A stretch of DNA of 34,767 nt from Octopus bimaculoides (GCF_001194135.2 NC_068983.1:129077468-129112234); one strand, 5' to 3'. Shown: positions 1-11,887, counted from the first letter of the stretch. Notes: generated from the letters alone by a model not told the origin. Numbers and translations are program-made.

Positions 1-891
1 GTCGACGAGGAATACCTGACGCCCCTGTTCAGGACAACTTTCGGGCCGGGACCTATGGACAACTTCCAGAGATCCCTGGCCTGGCAGTGCTACCGAGAAG
101 CGCTACCCGTTCGGGATAAGCACTATAGAGACGGCTCACGAAATGCGGGGCCGACCTGCCGGAGATGCGATCAGAGCGACGAAACCGTTCTTCACGCACT
201 CGTGCAGTGTCCAACCATTTCGGTGCTGTGGGCTTATGTCGAACGACTGCTGTCACATGTGTGACGAGTCGGTTTATCAACCGAGTCTATCGTCAATATC
301 GTCACGTCTCCTTCCTTTAAACGGGAAGGAAGAGCTGTATTTATTGTACTTGTGGCTATGGCGAAAGAATGTATCTGGTGGACGCGTCTGAAAGGATTAG
401 AGACAAACACTTTCTTCTCTGGTCAATCTCTCATCAACTTTTTCAAGTATCACTTGAAAAGGAAGGTGAGAGTAGAGAGGCAAGTGTTGTCTAGCAAATG
501 TTTCGAAAAAAGATGGATACATGTAGCAAGAATGGCACGTATAAATGACGAAGCCACCTTGACCATGATTCTATAAAACGTTTAAAATTTTGTAAACAGA
601 CAGTTACTTATGTTTCTTGCATAAATAAAAGAAATTTTATTTGACAAATTGTGACACTAAGGACCGAGGTTACCGTGGTCTTTTCCGTAGGTTTTTCTTT
701 CCACGGAGAACCTCCCCATTTATTGGCAAAATTTTTTTTGCACATACCCCAAACGTTTTCTCGATGCCTTTTCATCGTTATCCCCATTTTAATTTTTTAA
801 TTTATTTTCGTCCCCATCGAAAAGAAAATCTCTACATTTGTATGTTATCCCCTCTATGTTGAGCCCTGTGTGGCTAATAAAGAAACAGAAA
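1..891 (+). mobile_element. 3' end of a Tx1/L1-clade non-LTR retrotransposon (ORF2 C-terminus with zinc-binding motif plus 3' UTR), cut by the window start
   Basis: Frame +1 from 1 to 576 reads VDEEYLTPLFRTTFGPGPMDNFQRSLAWQCYREALPVR...PTCRRCDQSDETVLHALVQCP...WAYVERLLSHV*RVGL...MAKECIWWTR...RWIHVARM...L*. There is one internal TGA (262-264) and a CxxC...HxxxxC zf-RVT-like motif. A T-rich UTR ends in AATAAA (876-881) just before a (TATC)n tract. Homologous to the C-terminal end of the RT copy at 22806-24147. Confidence 0.85.
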
Positions 892-893
892 CA

Positions 894-954
<61 letters not shown>
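894..954. repeat. (TATC)n tetranucleotide microsatellite, about 15 units
   Basis: Direct reading of the sequence. Confidence 0.98.
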
Positions 955-955
<1 letters not shown>

Positions 956-1280
956 ACTAGCACATCAATTGGACTTTGGCGTTATAACTGATTATTTAAT
1001 ACAAAATATGACAATATTTAAGTGACATAACAAATATTACGGCCGTTTCCAAATTCGGAACCGATCAATGTTTACAAATAATTGCAAAAATAAATTTAAT
1101 CATCTTCCTATGAAGGGGAACAATTTTATTATCGCAATTATTTGTAAACATTGATCGGCACCGGATGCGAGAACAGCCGTAATATTTGTTACGTCACTTA
1201 AATATTATGTCATATTTTGTATTAAATGATAAGCTATAAAGCCAAAGTCCAATTCATATACTAGTTAGATAAATAGATAG
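941..1280. repeat. 340-bp foldback palindrome (MITE-like), arms about 145 bp
   Basis: 941-1085 is the reverse complement of 1134-1280 with scattered substitutions and one 2-bp indel (AATTGGACTTTGGC/GCCAAAGTCCAATT; CCGATCAATGTTTACAAATAATTGC/GCAATTATTTGTAAACATTGATCGG). Confidence 0.9.
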
Positions 1281-2065
1281 TCCAACTGTTGATATGAGGA
1301 TTTGTCAATATTCTGACTGCTAATATTTGTTTCGTGTGAAACTTTTGTTTATTCCTTTGTTAATTGCACTCTACGAGCATAGTGTGTCTGCCTACCCGTG
1401 TCCAGAGATGACATGTGTAACGGATACCAATAGTATATACGGATAATTTATCCCTTAGTCGGTTTTTCTAACCGGTAACTCTGCTCATGTATATATATAT
1501 ACACACACCTTAAAAGCAGTTGTTTATAATTAGACTGATAAAGCCAGCCACAACACGAATAAATATCAGCTTCAGCAACAGTAAGTTTCACATAATGATT
1601 GTAAGAATAACGTCATGTAGTACATTTACCTTCAACAAATGTTTTCACCTATTATATGTTAAGGAAATGAGGACTAAAATATTTCTGAGATTGGGAATTA
1701 TATATAATTAATGAACAAAATGATTAACACGCCTGTAATCTATATCTCGCAAGTAGCATAATAATCGAGGAAATCTATTGAATTTATATTTTTTTATATT
1801 TTTCATTGATGTGAATTTCAAAAAAATAGTCTTCCACTGTGATTCAGGTTCGAAAGATTTTCCCGGAAAGTATATCTTAAAAATATTTTGCTGACTCTCA
1901 GTGACATAAATCTGAACCCGCCTGATATGTCACATGTTTATCTAATAGCAACATCCGCATTGCGGTCTAATGCTACTGAAAGTTAAAATTCTATGTCGAT
2001 GTTAACGTAGGTTGAAGTTTATATATATATCATTATAAGAAATGCAAATGTTATGCTTATAGTAA

Positions 2066-2216
2066 AGTGGCATCCTGGGAGTATCGTTAGCCCGCCAAAG
2101 AAAATACTTACCAGCATTTTGTCCTTATTTGCGTGCTATGTCAAATTCCACTTGTCTTTCTTCCTTTCGGGATTGATAAAACTATTACCAGTTGAATAGT
2201 GGGGTCGATGGAATTG
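2066..2216 (+). mobile_element. tRNA-derived SINE, family A, degraded copy
   Basis: Carries the core CTTTC.TCCTTTCGGG.T.GATAAA...TACCAGTT...TGGGGTCGAT shared with copies at 2410, 4766, 11888 and 25448. Confidence 0.7.
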
Positions 2217-2409
2217 TGTTAAATATTACTTGGAAATTGCTGACCTTGGGTGAACATGTGAAACTGATTATCTTATTTATCGCTGCAATACCATCTGCGT
2301 CAGGATGGCAGTAATAGCAAAACTTTACTAGCAAATATGATATTACAAATAATAAATGTATAATAATCATTTACTTTTCTAACATAAGAACAGAAAAAAT
2401 GGACGTAAG

Positions 2410-2550
2410 GAGGGAGATAGTCGATTTCAACTATGCCTGTACTTTACTAGTAATTATTTATCGACACCAAATATATAAACGGCAAAGTCGACCTCGCAGC
2501 ATATGAATTCAGAACGTAAAAATAGACGGAATGCCTCTAAGCCATTTGAC
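2410..2550 (-). mobile_element. SINE family A, degraded copy lacking its 5' end
   Basis: Reverse complement reads ...TACGTTCTGAATTCATATGCTGCGAGGTCGACTTTGCC...GTGTCGATAAATAATTACTAGT...AATCGACT, matching the other family A copies. Confidence 0.75.
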
Positions 2551-2555
2551 GATGA

Positions 2556-2908
2556 TGTAATATTTCTGCTGCAACGCCGCTTTCTGTTGATAATACGAGT
2601 GTGTGCACAAAGTAACTGGAAATGTACTCTATGGTATAAGCCCGTTGTGGTTCAGGTTTCCGCCGCTGGAATCCACTTAATGCGACTGTCGGGTAGCAGT
2701 GTGCCGACTGGTATCATTGCATCTAGTCATACTGCTACGTGGTACGTCTTTGTTTTGTTGTGCTTCTCCTTTGTTCGTCGTATCTTCCGAAGGTTGTAAC
2801 GAATAGACGGTGTATCTCCGTGATTTTCTGTTTTCTGCTCGGGACAACGGCGGCCTAAACAGTTTTCATGCTTGTAACAGCTTTCAATGGCATTTTACAT
2901 CGCCCACA
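2556..2908 (-). mobile_element. Candidate 3' LTR of the Gypsy element
   Basis: Bounded by TGT (2556) and ACA (2908). Lies immediately after the integrase C-terminus and a purine-rich tract on the minus strand (AAGAAAATCGAAAAGCGA). No second LTR is visible to confirm it. Confidence 0.45.
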
Positions 2909-3708
2909 TCGCTTTTCGATTTTCTTGTTGATACAGTTAAACATTTGATATTTTTGTCCTGCTATCCACATCCAGGAACCCCATATATATTCTCTTTCTT
3001 TCGCTTGTGCGTCTGGGTTCAATTATTTGTCGTATCATGTAACCATTCTAACAGTTCTTCTATTCTCTTGGGTTCGCTCTCAGCGAATCTTTTTTTAATT
3101 TGTTTCGTATGTCTTTTGTAGACCCCTTTTCTTCCTTTTAACAAGTATAGCATTTTACCTATGCGTTTGGTAATCACACCGCCTTTCCAACTTTGTTCTC
3201 CGTTCTAATATGCCCTTGAAATATATATATTCACCAATTCTGAAATATCATGCTGCATTATCCTTTGCACTTTTTCTTCAATCACCAGGTAGCAATTTGA
3301 CGAAGACGGATTTTATTTTCCTCACAAACATTAGCTCTGCAGTTGACATATCTACTGGTGTGTATGGAGTTAGTATCACATGGGTATTCACTTGAGAATA
3401 TTCGCAGACCTATTTCATCTGTGCCTCCCTTATTCGACATTCTTTGGGATTTCTTGAATGCATCGACAAAGTGTTCTGATTGTCCGTTAGATCTAAAGTT
3501 GTATGGCGCAGTAATTACATGTTCTATAGCGAACATTTCACAAAACTTTGTAAACTTAAAAGGCAAACATTGCATTCCATTGTCAGACACTATCAACTAT
3601 GGGATGCCAAGTTTCGCCAACAGCCCATGCAGTTTGTGGTAGTTTAGAAGGTTGCCTTTTTATACTAGCAAATCATTTAGAGAAATTATCGACTAACACT
3701 AAGTAGTA
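2909..3708 (-). mobile_element. Gypsy/Ty3 integrase pseudogene (core and C-terminal region)
   Basis: YYLVLVDNFSK* ... LGIP*LIVSDNGMQ...FCEMFAIEHVITAPYNFRSNGQSEHFVDAFKK; 35 residues lie between the second D and the E (DD35E). C-terminal VITKRIGKMLY-like segment follows. Stops and frameshifts present. Confidence 0.9.
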
Positions 3709-4480
3709 TTTAATTCATTAATCGTAAGAATGCTTGTAGAATAGTTACATTATTCGGCGAGGGCGTATTTTTGAACCCATTTTCTCTGAATTCATCTGGC
3801 TTCCACACGATTTTGTCTATTATGGGGCCCGTGCATTAATTTTTTTCAGAAAGAAATCTCATTTTCTTCACTTAACTTAAAACCGTAATCCCTTATCATT
3901 TCGAATTTCCTCTTTACATGTTGTACATGTTGACCATGTCATTCGCTTTTTATTAGGATATTGTCTTAGTAGGCGATAGCAAAATCATTGTCTGCCATTA
4001 TTGTATCAATTACTTGTTCAAATATGGAATGAGCCACTTTTACCCGAAAGGAAGCCGCTTAAATTTAAATAAGCCACAGTGTATATTAATGGCTACTAAG
4101 TGTGAGCATTCTTCTTCTATTTGTCTTTGTAAATATGCCTTCTAGAACTTTAATCCTGAGAGAAATTGCCCTCCATTCAGTTTTGCGAACACTTCCTTAG
4201 TACTCGGCAATGGATAGTTATGTGAGATTAAGCAATCATTCAACCCCATTGAAAATTCTACACAAACGCTTAACTTACTTAACTTTCTTTTTTACGTAGA
4301 CTATAGGTGCTGCCCACTATCTTCTCGATTCTTCCTAGGCTTTCAAGTCTTTGAAGTTCCATATTTATCTGTTTTAAGGCCGTGAACGGTACATTAATTT
4401 GGGCTTAAATACATGTGTTGCACTTTGTTTTACTATGCATTTTGCGTTCGTTTTCGTGCAACAACCCAGTTCATCCGACA
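3709..4480 (-). mobile_element. Gypsy/Ty3 reverse transcriptase pseudogene
   Basis: Minus-strand translation across stops and frameshifts: DELGCCTKTNAK...HVFKP..VPFTALKQINMELQRLESLG...WAAPIVYVKK...NYPLPSTKEVFAKLNGG...AYLQ...GLFKFKRLPFG*KVAHSIFEQVIDT...AIAY*DNILI (decayed YLDD)...LQAFLRLMN. Confidence 0.9.
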
Positions 4481-4765
4481 AAAAAAAAAAAAAGAAATGG
4501 GAACGCATGTATTATTTTTCGTTGCAATCTCTCAGCCCCATTCGAACCTTCGACTGAACAGACCCACAAAAAAGCCCTTATGGGCGTATTACATACTTTG
4601 CGCAGTTCCATCCTCTCTGAGACGAATAGAATTACTGAATATTGTAACATATATTTCTTGTTTTCATTTGGTCACAAAATACATTTAACACGTAAAACCG
4701 TCTGATAATTCTGTAGATTTACACAATGTTTTCTTTACGATATACTCCCAAACTTCTTGATATGA

Positions 4766-4900
4766 AAGCGGCGATCGTTAGCAAACATCACCAAGCCAAG
4801 CTTTATGTATTGTGGCATTTTATGCGTGCTTGGTCCTGATTTGAAATCCATCCGAGGTCGAATTTCACTTCCATCATTTCGGGGTCGATAAAATATGTAG
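4766..4900 (+). mobile_element. SINE family A, degraded copy
   Basis: CCGAGGTCGAATTTCACTTCCATCATTTCGGGGTCGATAAAATATGTA matches the family core. Confidence 0.6.
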
Positions 4901-5271
4901 CTGCATCCTTTGCCATTATTTGAAAACTCTATTTTTCACTCACTTTGTATCACTCTAAATATCTATCTGTGTGTGTGTGTGCGTGTGTGTTCGTTTGTGT
5001 GCATTGATACTATTCAATACACATTTATCTGTTGGCTATCAACGTATACATATATATTTGTATATGCAATATTCTATATTCTTTTTTCTTTGATTCTTCA
5101 ACTTGTTCCAGTTATTTAACTGACGCCATGATGTAGCACAAGATGCACAAATGCAACCCAGGTACGAATTTCTTTGAAAACTCGATACGTATTCTCCCGA
5201 TATATCTTGCCGAATCGCGAATTTTCAGAGACGTAAAGATACCAACATAAATTCCTCAAGTGGGACACACA

Positions 5272-5481
5272 TTGCACACACACACACACACATAAACACA
5301 CACACACTCACATACACACACACAGAGGCACACGCACGCACACACACAGAGACGCACACACATGCACACGCACACAAACACACATATATACATGCATATG
5401 CATCCGTGTATATATATATGTATGTATGTGTATATACATGTGTGTATATATATATATATATATATATTTATTTATTTATTC

Positions 5482-5526
<45 letters not shown>

Positions 5527-5545
5527 TGTGTATGTATGTATATCT
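5272..5545. repeat. Compound (CA)n-(TA)n-(TG)n microsatellite
   Basis: Direct reading of the sequence. Confidence 0.95.
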
Positions 5546-5984
5546 TTATACACACGCAGCATTTTAGCCAGAAGCCATTGTGAATTTAAGAAATATATGT
5601 TAGTATAAGGACGAATGCTTACTCCATACGTCTATAATCAATGATTGAGAAGATAATCCGATAGTACATGATTTATCCTTGATAGATTCATAGAATATTT
5701 ATAAAAATTAGTTGCAGCATTAGCTTATACTGAATAAATATACTGCAACCTGATTTCCAAGGTCACTCTTTGACTTGTATATACATCATAATAACAATGA
5801 TAATATTGATGGATGTTAAACCATGGCAATAAAAAGAAGGTAGTATTAAATTTCTTCTCACGGTTTCCTTGAGATTTTCTGGAAAGAATGAAGTTGAAAT
5901 AGTCTACATGATATAATAGGTCACATGACCAAATAAAACATACTGAAATGAAAACGTCGATTAAATTATGTGGAATATATTATA

Positions 5985-6253
5985 TTGGTGTGTGTGTCTG
6001 TGTGTGTATGTATGGGTGTACACACACACACACACACACACACACTTATATATATATATATNNNNNNNNNNNNNNNNNNNNNNNNNNNNNNNNNNNNNNN
6101 NNNNNNNNNNNNNNNNNNNNNNNNNNNNNNNNNNNNNNNNNNNNNNNNNNNNNNNNNNNNNNNNNNNNNNNNNNNNNNNNNNNNNNNNNNNNNNNNNNNN
6201 NNNNNNNNNNNNNNNNNNNNNNNNNNNNNNNNNNNNNNNNNNNNNNNNNNNNN

Positions 6254-6294
<41 letters not shown>

Positions 6295-6312
6295 TACATA
6301 TATACATATACA
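5985..6312. repeat. (TG)/(CA)/(TA) microsatellites flanking assembly gap 6062-6253
   Basis: Direct reading of the sequence. Confidence 0.95.
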
Positions 6313-7479
6313 CATCAGGAAGATATGTAGCAATGATGAAAATATAGATTAATAAAGTAAAAAAAAATAATAGGCAATTTGCACAAAAAACAAAATAAAT
6401 GCGAATACATAGAGTTAGAGGCAGTGCTTATGGCTTTTATATTCCATCGCAGTCTGATACCTTGCCTCTCTTATCGATATACTTAATCTGCGCAAGTCAA
6501 CACGAGAATTAAGAATATGGCAAAAACTATCAAGATGGACAATTTTCTGCGGGTGAAAAACTGTTATCGTGATTCATGTGCGATCATAGCTTTGGGCTAG
6601 ATGACAGGTGAATGCCGAGTGTATAAAGAAGACTTCAGTGTAAGAGTCATAGAATCAGTAAGCCTTTCTTTGCGATTTAATGTGCTTCAGTCGATTGGCC
6701 TTCCTCTGGATATAATTCCTAGAATTTGTACTATCCTATATGTACGAGTAGTATTCTTTTCTGTGCATCACCTGAGATTTCCAGCATGTTAGCAACCGTT
6801 GGCAATGAAATATTTTCTTGTCTGATGAGGAGGGCCAGTCCTTAGAATGCTCAGACAAGCATGTTAAGGGATTGCTTAACATACTTAGGAGAGACCCCCG
6901 TTGATATTTAGGCCTAGTCTTTAAAATTCTCGAGCGGATTCTTGCTAGATGTTGTTCACACTTAGAGTATATGGGCTGTGATCGTTTCTTGATATAACTT
7001 TTGCTTGTATATATTAATTTTTACTGATAATGAAGACATAAATGGCATGAAATCAACTAATCGGAGGTAAACGTTTTTTTTTTTTCCGTTTGACTTTTCG
7101 TTAGTTATTCAGAAACATAATCTGGTTCTGAGATATCTATAATTTGATTGGGTTCGAGTTGATAGAAAGTTTTATTGTGATCAGAAATGAAAGGTACTCT
7201 GAAACATAAACAACTACGTGAGTAGGATGATTACATCCTATAATGATTACATCCTATAATGCAGTTAACAAATGAAATGCAATTTTCTAAACTTTATATT
7301 TCACAATGATAAAACTCAAATCCCCTATGGGGAAGAATATGTTTAGAATGAAATATTCGTTCATTAAAATGAATATTTATATGTAAATATATACATACAT
7401 ATACATGCATACATCTTCATACATATATATCACACATATTAGGCATATAAATATATATATATATATATATGAAGACTCA

Positions 7480-7664
7480 GGAGTGGCTATGTGGTAAGTA
7501 GCTTACCTCCCAACCACATACTTCCGCATTCAGTCCCACTGTGTGACACGTTCGGCAGCTGTCTTCTATAGTCTCGGGCTGGCTTAACTTGTGAATGGAT
7601 TTAGTAGACAGAAACTGAAAGAGAACCGTCGTATATGCAAACATACACACACACACACACGCAT

Positions 7665-7714
<50 letters not shown>

Positions 7715-8020
7715 TATATACATATATACACACATATGTACGTTTCATTTTTACATGCACATATATACACACACACACACATACATATATGTATATATAG
7801 ATGTTTGTAAGTATGTATGCATGTGCTTGTGTGTCTGTGCTTGTCTCTCCACCGTCTCTTGACAACCGACGTGGGTGTGTTGAAGCGCCCGTAACTTAGT
7901 GGCTCAGCACAAGAGGCCGATAGGATAAGTAGTAAGCTTACAAAGAATAAATCTTTAGCTCGATATTTTCGACTAAAAGTGGTGCTCCAGCACGGCCGAA
8001 ATCAAATAACTGAAAGAATA
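7480..8020 (+). mobile_element. tRNA-derived SINE, family B, near full length, with internal dinucleotide microsatellite (about 7640-7830)
   Basis: Head GGAGTGGCTATGTGGTAAG (A-box-like) and GCATTCAGTCCC (B-box-like); body ends TAGACAGAAACTGAAAGAGAACCGTCGTATAT; 3' half CTTGACAACCGA...GTAACTTAGTGG...GATAGGATAAGTA...GGTGCTCCAGCACGGCC. Collinear with copies at 18326 and 34439. Confidence 0.8.
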
Positions 8021-9317
8021 ATAGGATGGAATGTAATGTCCGTATACAGAGAGATAGAGAGAGTGATGCCTACATACTGTCACACACACACGCAAACACA
8101 CCTACACTACGCACCCACATCTCCCACAGGCATATAGACATTAGAAATATTCTGCACAGTAAATTACGAAACTGTACAGATTACCATAGGATAAATATTA
8201 AAATATGAAATTTTGAATACATAGTTATCTAAAATATATCCATTGGAGATCTATTATTACTTTCTTTATAAAATCAGTTCTACCTCCATGTATGCTATGA
8301 ATTTTTAATAATAAAAAAAAACTAAATTTCTCTCCCGTTTGCTAAACTAGCCATTGTGGCCTGGTAAATAATCATAATAAAATATATTGAGAATCTCGGC
8401 CATTGACCAAATCAACTTATTAACACACAGTACATAACACAGTAATCTACATCTAGAAGCAGTAAACAAGACACAATACCATAATTGACAATGGTGTTGC
8501 AGAATGCTTAGAACTAGCGATTCTTAGAAATAGCTAAAGAACTAAATAGCTAAATAACTGATTATGTGTTTATGCGAGCCAATATTAGCCAGACAGTGGG
8601 TGTAATGATCAAATATAGATATATCTAATTAGCTAATTCTGTATCATTGTATACCCACTCCTGCATATACAGCCATCTGCCTCTTACATCAAAGGTTTCT
8701 AAATTATAGACAGTTTTCACTGTCATATATTGATTTAATTTCATATACGTTTGCTATTTAGCTTCATATATATTCACTACTAAATAAGACATTTTGTTTC
8801 GATGGTCAAAATTACCTGATTACTAGTCTCGATGCAACTTGTTCAACATCAATATAGTCGTATAAATATATTAGGCCTTCTCTTTTTCTCATTGACTCTA
8901 TGACAAGCTTTGGGTGTGGGTGTATAAATGAACGTAAACACGCATACACGCATATATATTGGTAAATACACAAAAGTGCATATTATTTGGCGTGCTATTT
9001 ATGTGTATGTGTATATCGCTGTTTTGCTTTAAATACGTTTTTTACTGTAGTATAATCGTATCTTAATGAACCACGAGGCTTCTAAGCCAAATCCTGGTGT
9101 TCCTACTAAACACGTTTACAATCTAAATTTGATATGAATAAAAAGAACTAAATCTTTATAATTCCAATGTCTGATTTAAATTAAAACTTTTTTTTTTTTT
9201 AAATCTGCAGTGTATTCTAAAAATTAAGCTTATTTATAGGAAATCAGCGAATATATACAAATACCAACACTACGTTTGTATACGCGTAAAGGCAATAACA
9301 ACAACACCAGCACGATA

Positions 9318-9425
9318 AAGAAGAAGAAGAAGAAGAAGAAGAAGAAGAAGAAGAAGAAGAANNNNNNNNNNNNNNNNNNNNNNNNNNNNNNNNNNNNGGA
9401 GGAGGAGGAGGAGGAGGTGGAGGAG
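9318..9425. repeat. (AAG)n and (GGA)n tracts around gap 9362-9397
   Basis: Direct reading of the sequence. Confidence 0.95.
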
Positions 9426-10453
9426 CAAACATATATACAGATATAAAATATATTGTTCTATAGTTGACTATAGAATGATTATGTGTATGAAAAGTTATGT
9501 TGTTTTAATCGAAATGAAAAAAAAATGACATGCTGATATTCGTGGGTGTAATACTATATAGTAAGAAAGACACACACAGGCATACATTCACGCATATCAA
9601 TCGTCACATAGTATATGTATGTGTAGATGTATATACTCATTGTTTAAAGTACCTAATGATGAAACAGTTACACCCTCAGACACATAGACACTCATATATC
9701 CACACACACACATGGACACGCATATAGAAAATGTGACGCTGTCGTCAAACGCTGAACCACACACACATGCACACTCATACATTCACACATTCACTGAGAG
9801 ACACATACACACACATATAAAAATGTGACGATGTCTTCATCGTCGTTGTATAAAATGTCCTGTACTATATTTGACTATAGAAAGAGTATCTCTATAAAGT
9901 TTTATATTGCTATAATGGAATTTAAAAGAATTATATGTTGACACTGGTGGGGTGTGATACCATTGCATTGTAAGACTTGATTTGCTTTGGTGGAGCTGTT
10001 TGAGAATACATTGGACCAGACAAACAGACAGAGAGGCAAATAATTTTATATATATAGATTAAGTACATATATTAAATGTTTTTTTAAGTGTTAATATGGA
10101 AATGTAAATAACTTGCAACCTTGCAAATTTTCGATAGTTATTAACTGGTAATTGAACTCTAAACGTGTGAAGTAAGATGACTTTAGTGGTATCACTTTAG
10201 AATTAACATTGAAAGAATAAAAGTGTAACAATATTATGTCTTATTATAATATAGATAATAGTTTTCACTTTTGACACGAAATAGCAAACAAATTTTAAAA
10301 ATTCCACTGGGCCCGCATTAGGCATGAAGCTGAAGATATTTTTAGCTAATGTTACTCAATAGACTCTAAATAATGTATGTGTAAACTTGAAACGAAATCA
10401 GTTGGATAATACTTGAGTTTTCACATATGCAGACAGACACACATTTTCAGTCT

Positions 10454-10911
10454 TATATATATATATATATNNNNNNNNNNNNNNNNNNNNNNNNNNNNNN
10501 NNNNNNNNNNNNNNNNNNNNNNNNNNNNNNNNNNNNNNNNNNNNNNNNNNNNNNNNNNNNNNNNNNNNNNNNNNNNNNNNNNNNNNNNNNNNNNNNNNNN
10601 NNNNNNNNNNNNNNNNNNNNNNNNNNNNNNNNNNNNNNNNNNNNNNNNNNNNNNNNNNNNNNNNNNNNNNNNNNNNNNNNNNNNNNNNNNNNNNNNNNNN
10701 NNNNNNNNNNNNNNNNNNNNNNNNNNNNNNNNNNNNNNNNNNNNNNNNNNNNNNNNNNNNNNNNNNNNNNNNNNNNNNNNNNNNNNNNNNNNNNNNNNNN
10801 NNNNNNNNNNNNNNNNNNNNNNNNNNNNNNNNNNNNNNNNNNNNNNNNNNNNNNNNNNNNNNNNNNNNNNNNNNNNNNNNNNNNNNNNNNNNNNNNNNNN
10901 NNNNNNNNNNN

Positions 10912-10978
<67 letters not shown>
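10454..10978. repeat. (TA)n and (CA)n tracts around gap 10471-10911
   Basis: Direct reading of the sequence. Confidence 0.95.
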
Positions 10979-10980
<2 letters not shown>

Positions 10981-11887
10981 AATATATATGTATGTCCACC
11001 TTACAAATTGATGTGATAGTGCAATACAACGATGAAACATATTCTCGGAACCCCTGAGGTTATTTTCTTGTAATAAGATTTAATTCTTGTTTCAGACACA
11101 GTTCAGACGGTCATTTTATTTGAAAGGAAACACACGTAAAACACAATTTGCCTCACTGTGATCTCTGTTCACATATCTCAATGACCCGAACTGTGCATGG
11201 TATATGTTTTCCACATCCCTTTCCTCAGGAGTTCAGATTTACCCTATGTTTATATGTGTATCTAAACTATAAGAAGTAAACCATCAGTCATTTACTTCAT
11301 AAAAAGAAAAAAAAGTGAGATACAAATGGACAGATTGCGTAAGGACTATGGCGGAAAAAATATGACATAGTAGCATAACAACAAAGCAAATAACAATAAC
11401 AATGTAAATAAAGTTAAATACATCTTCAATAAAGAGATTTATGTGAGATATATTTTTATAATGGCTAGTTACTATATGTATAAACTCACTACATTAAGAT
11501 AATGGAACTTATATACATTATCTGACATAAATTCCTTTTGATATTCCTGTGTAGTCCATTCATTTCTAGCTATATTAGGTTATTTATGTCTAAGAGCTAA
11601 AGGTTCTATCAGGTAGCTTGCAAGGATAAAAAGGTGAACGTTGTTTTAAAATTAAAGCTTTCATTGGTCCATCTTGATGTAGTCTCTGAAATACTTCACC
11701 ATTATGTGAGTTTTATTTACTTAAGTTTTCGGGAATACATGAAATAGATATTGTAATAAACATTATATATCATAGGAATTGTAATTAGAACGCTATGGGA
11801 AATACTATTAAGAATAATACAAAATCTAATGATAACCCTGGTTATAAATTTTGGAACAATGCCAGGAATCTCGGGAAAGTAGGATTT

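Noticed and set aside
4540-4570. GGTTCGAAT B-box-like motif on the minus strand
   Set aside because: No A box or cloverleaf around it; not a tRNA gene.
6786-6882. Hammerhead-ribozyme-like core CTGATGA (6822-6828) inside hairpins CTTGTCTGA/TCAGACAAG and ATGTTAAG/CTTAACAT
   Set aside because: The required GAAA is GAAT, there is no NUH triplet before stem I, and no Penelope RT or GIY-YIG sequence is recognisable nearby. At most a decayed relic.
7228-7262. Tandem duplication of ATGATTACATCCTATA
   Set aside because: Two-copy local duplication with no spacer; not a CRISPR or satellite array.
9455-9910. Short shared blocks TTGACTATAGAA (about 9463 and 9871) and AAAATGTGACG (about 9728 and 9820)
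   Set aside because: Short, AT-rich and embedded in CA/TA low-complexity sequence; consistent with local slippage.
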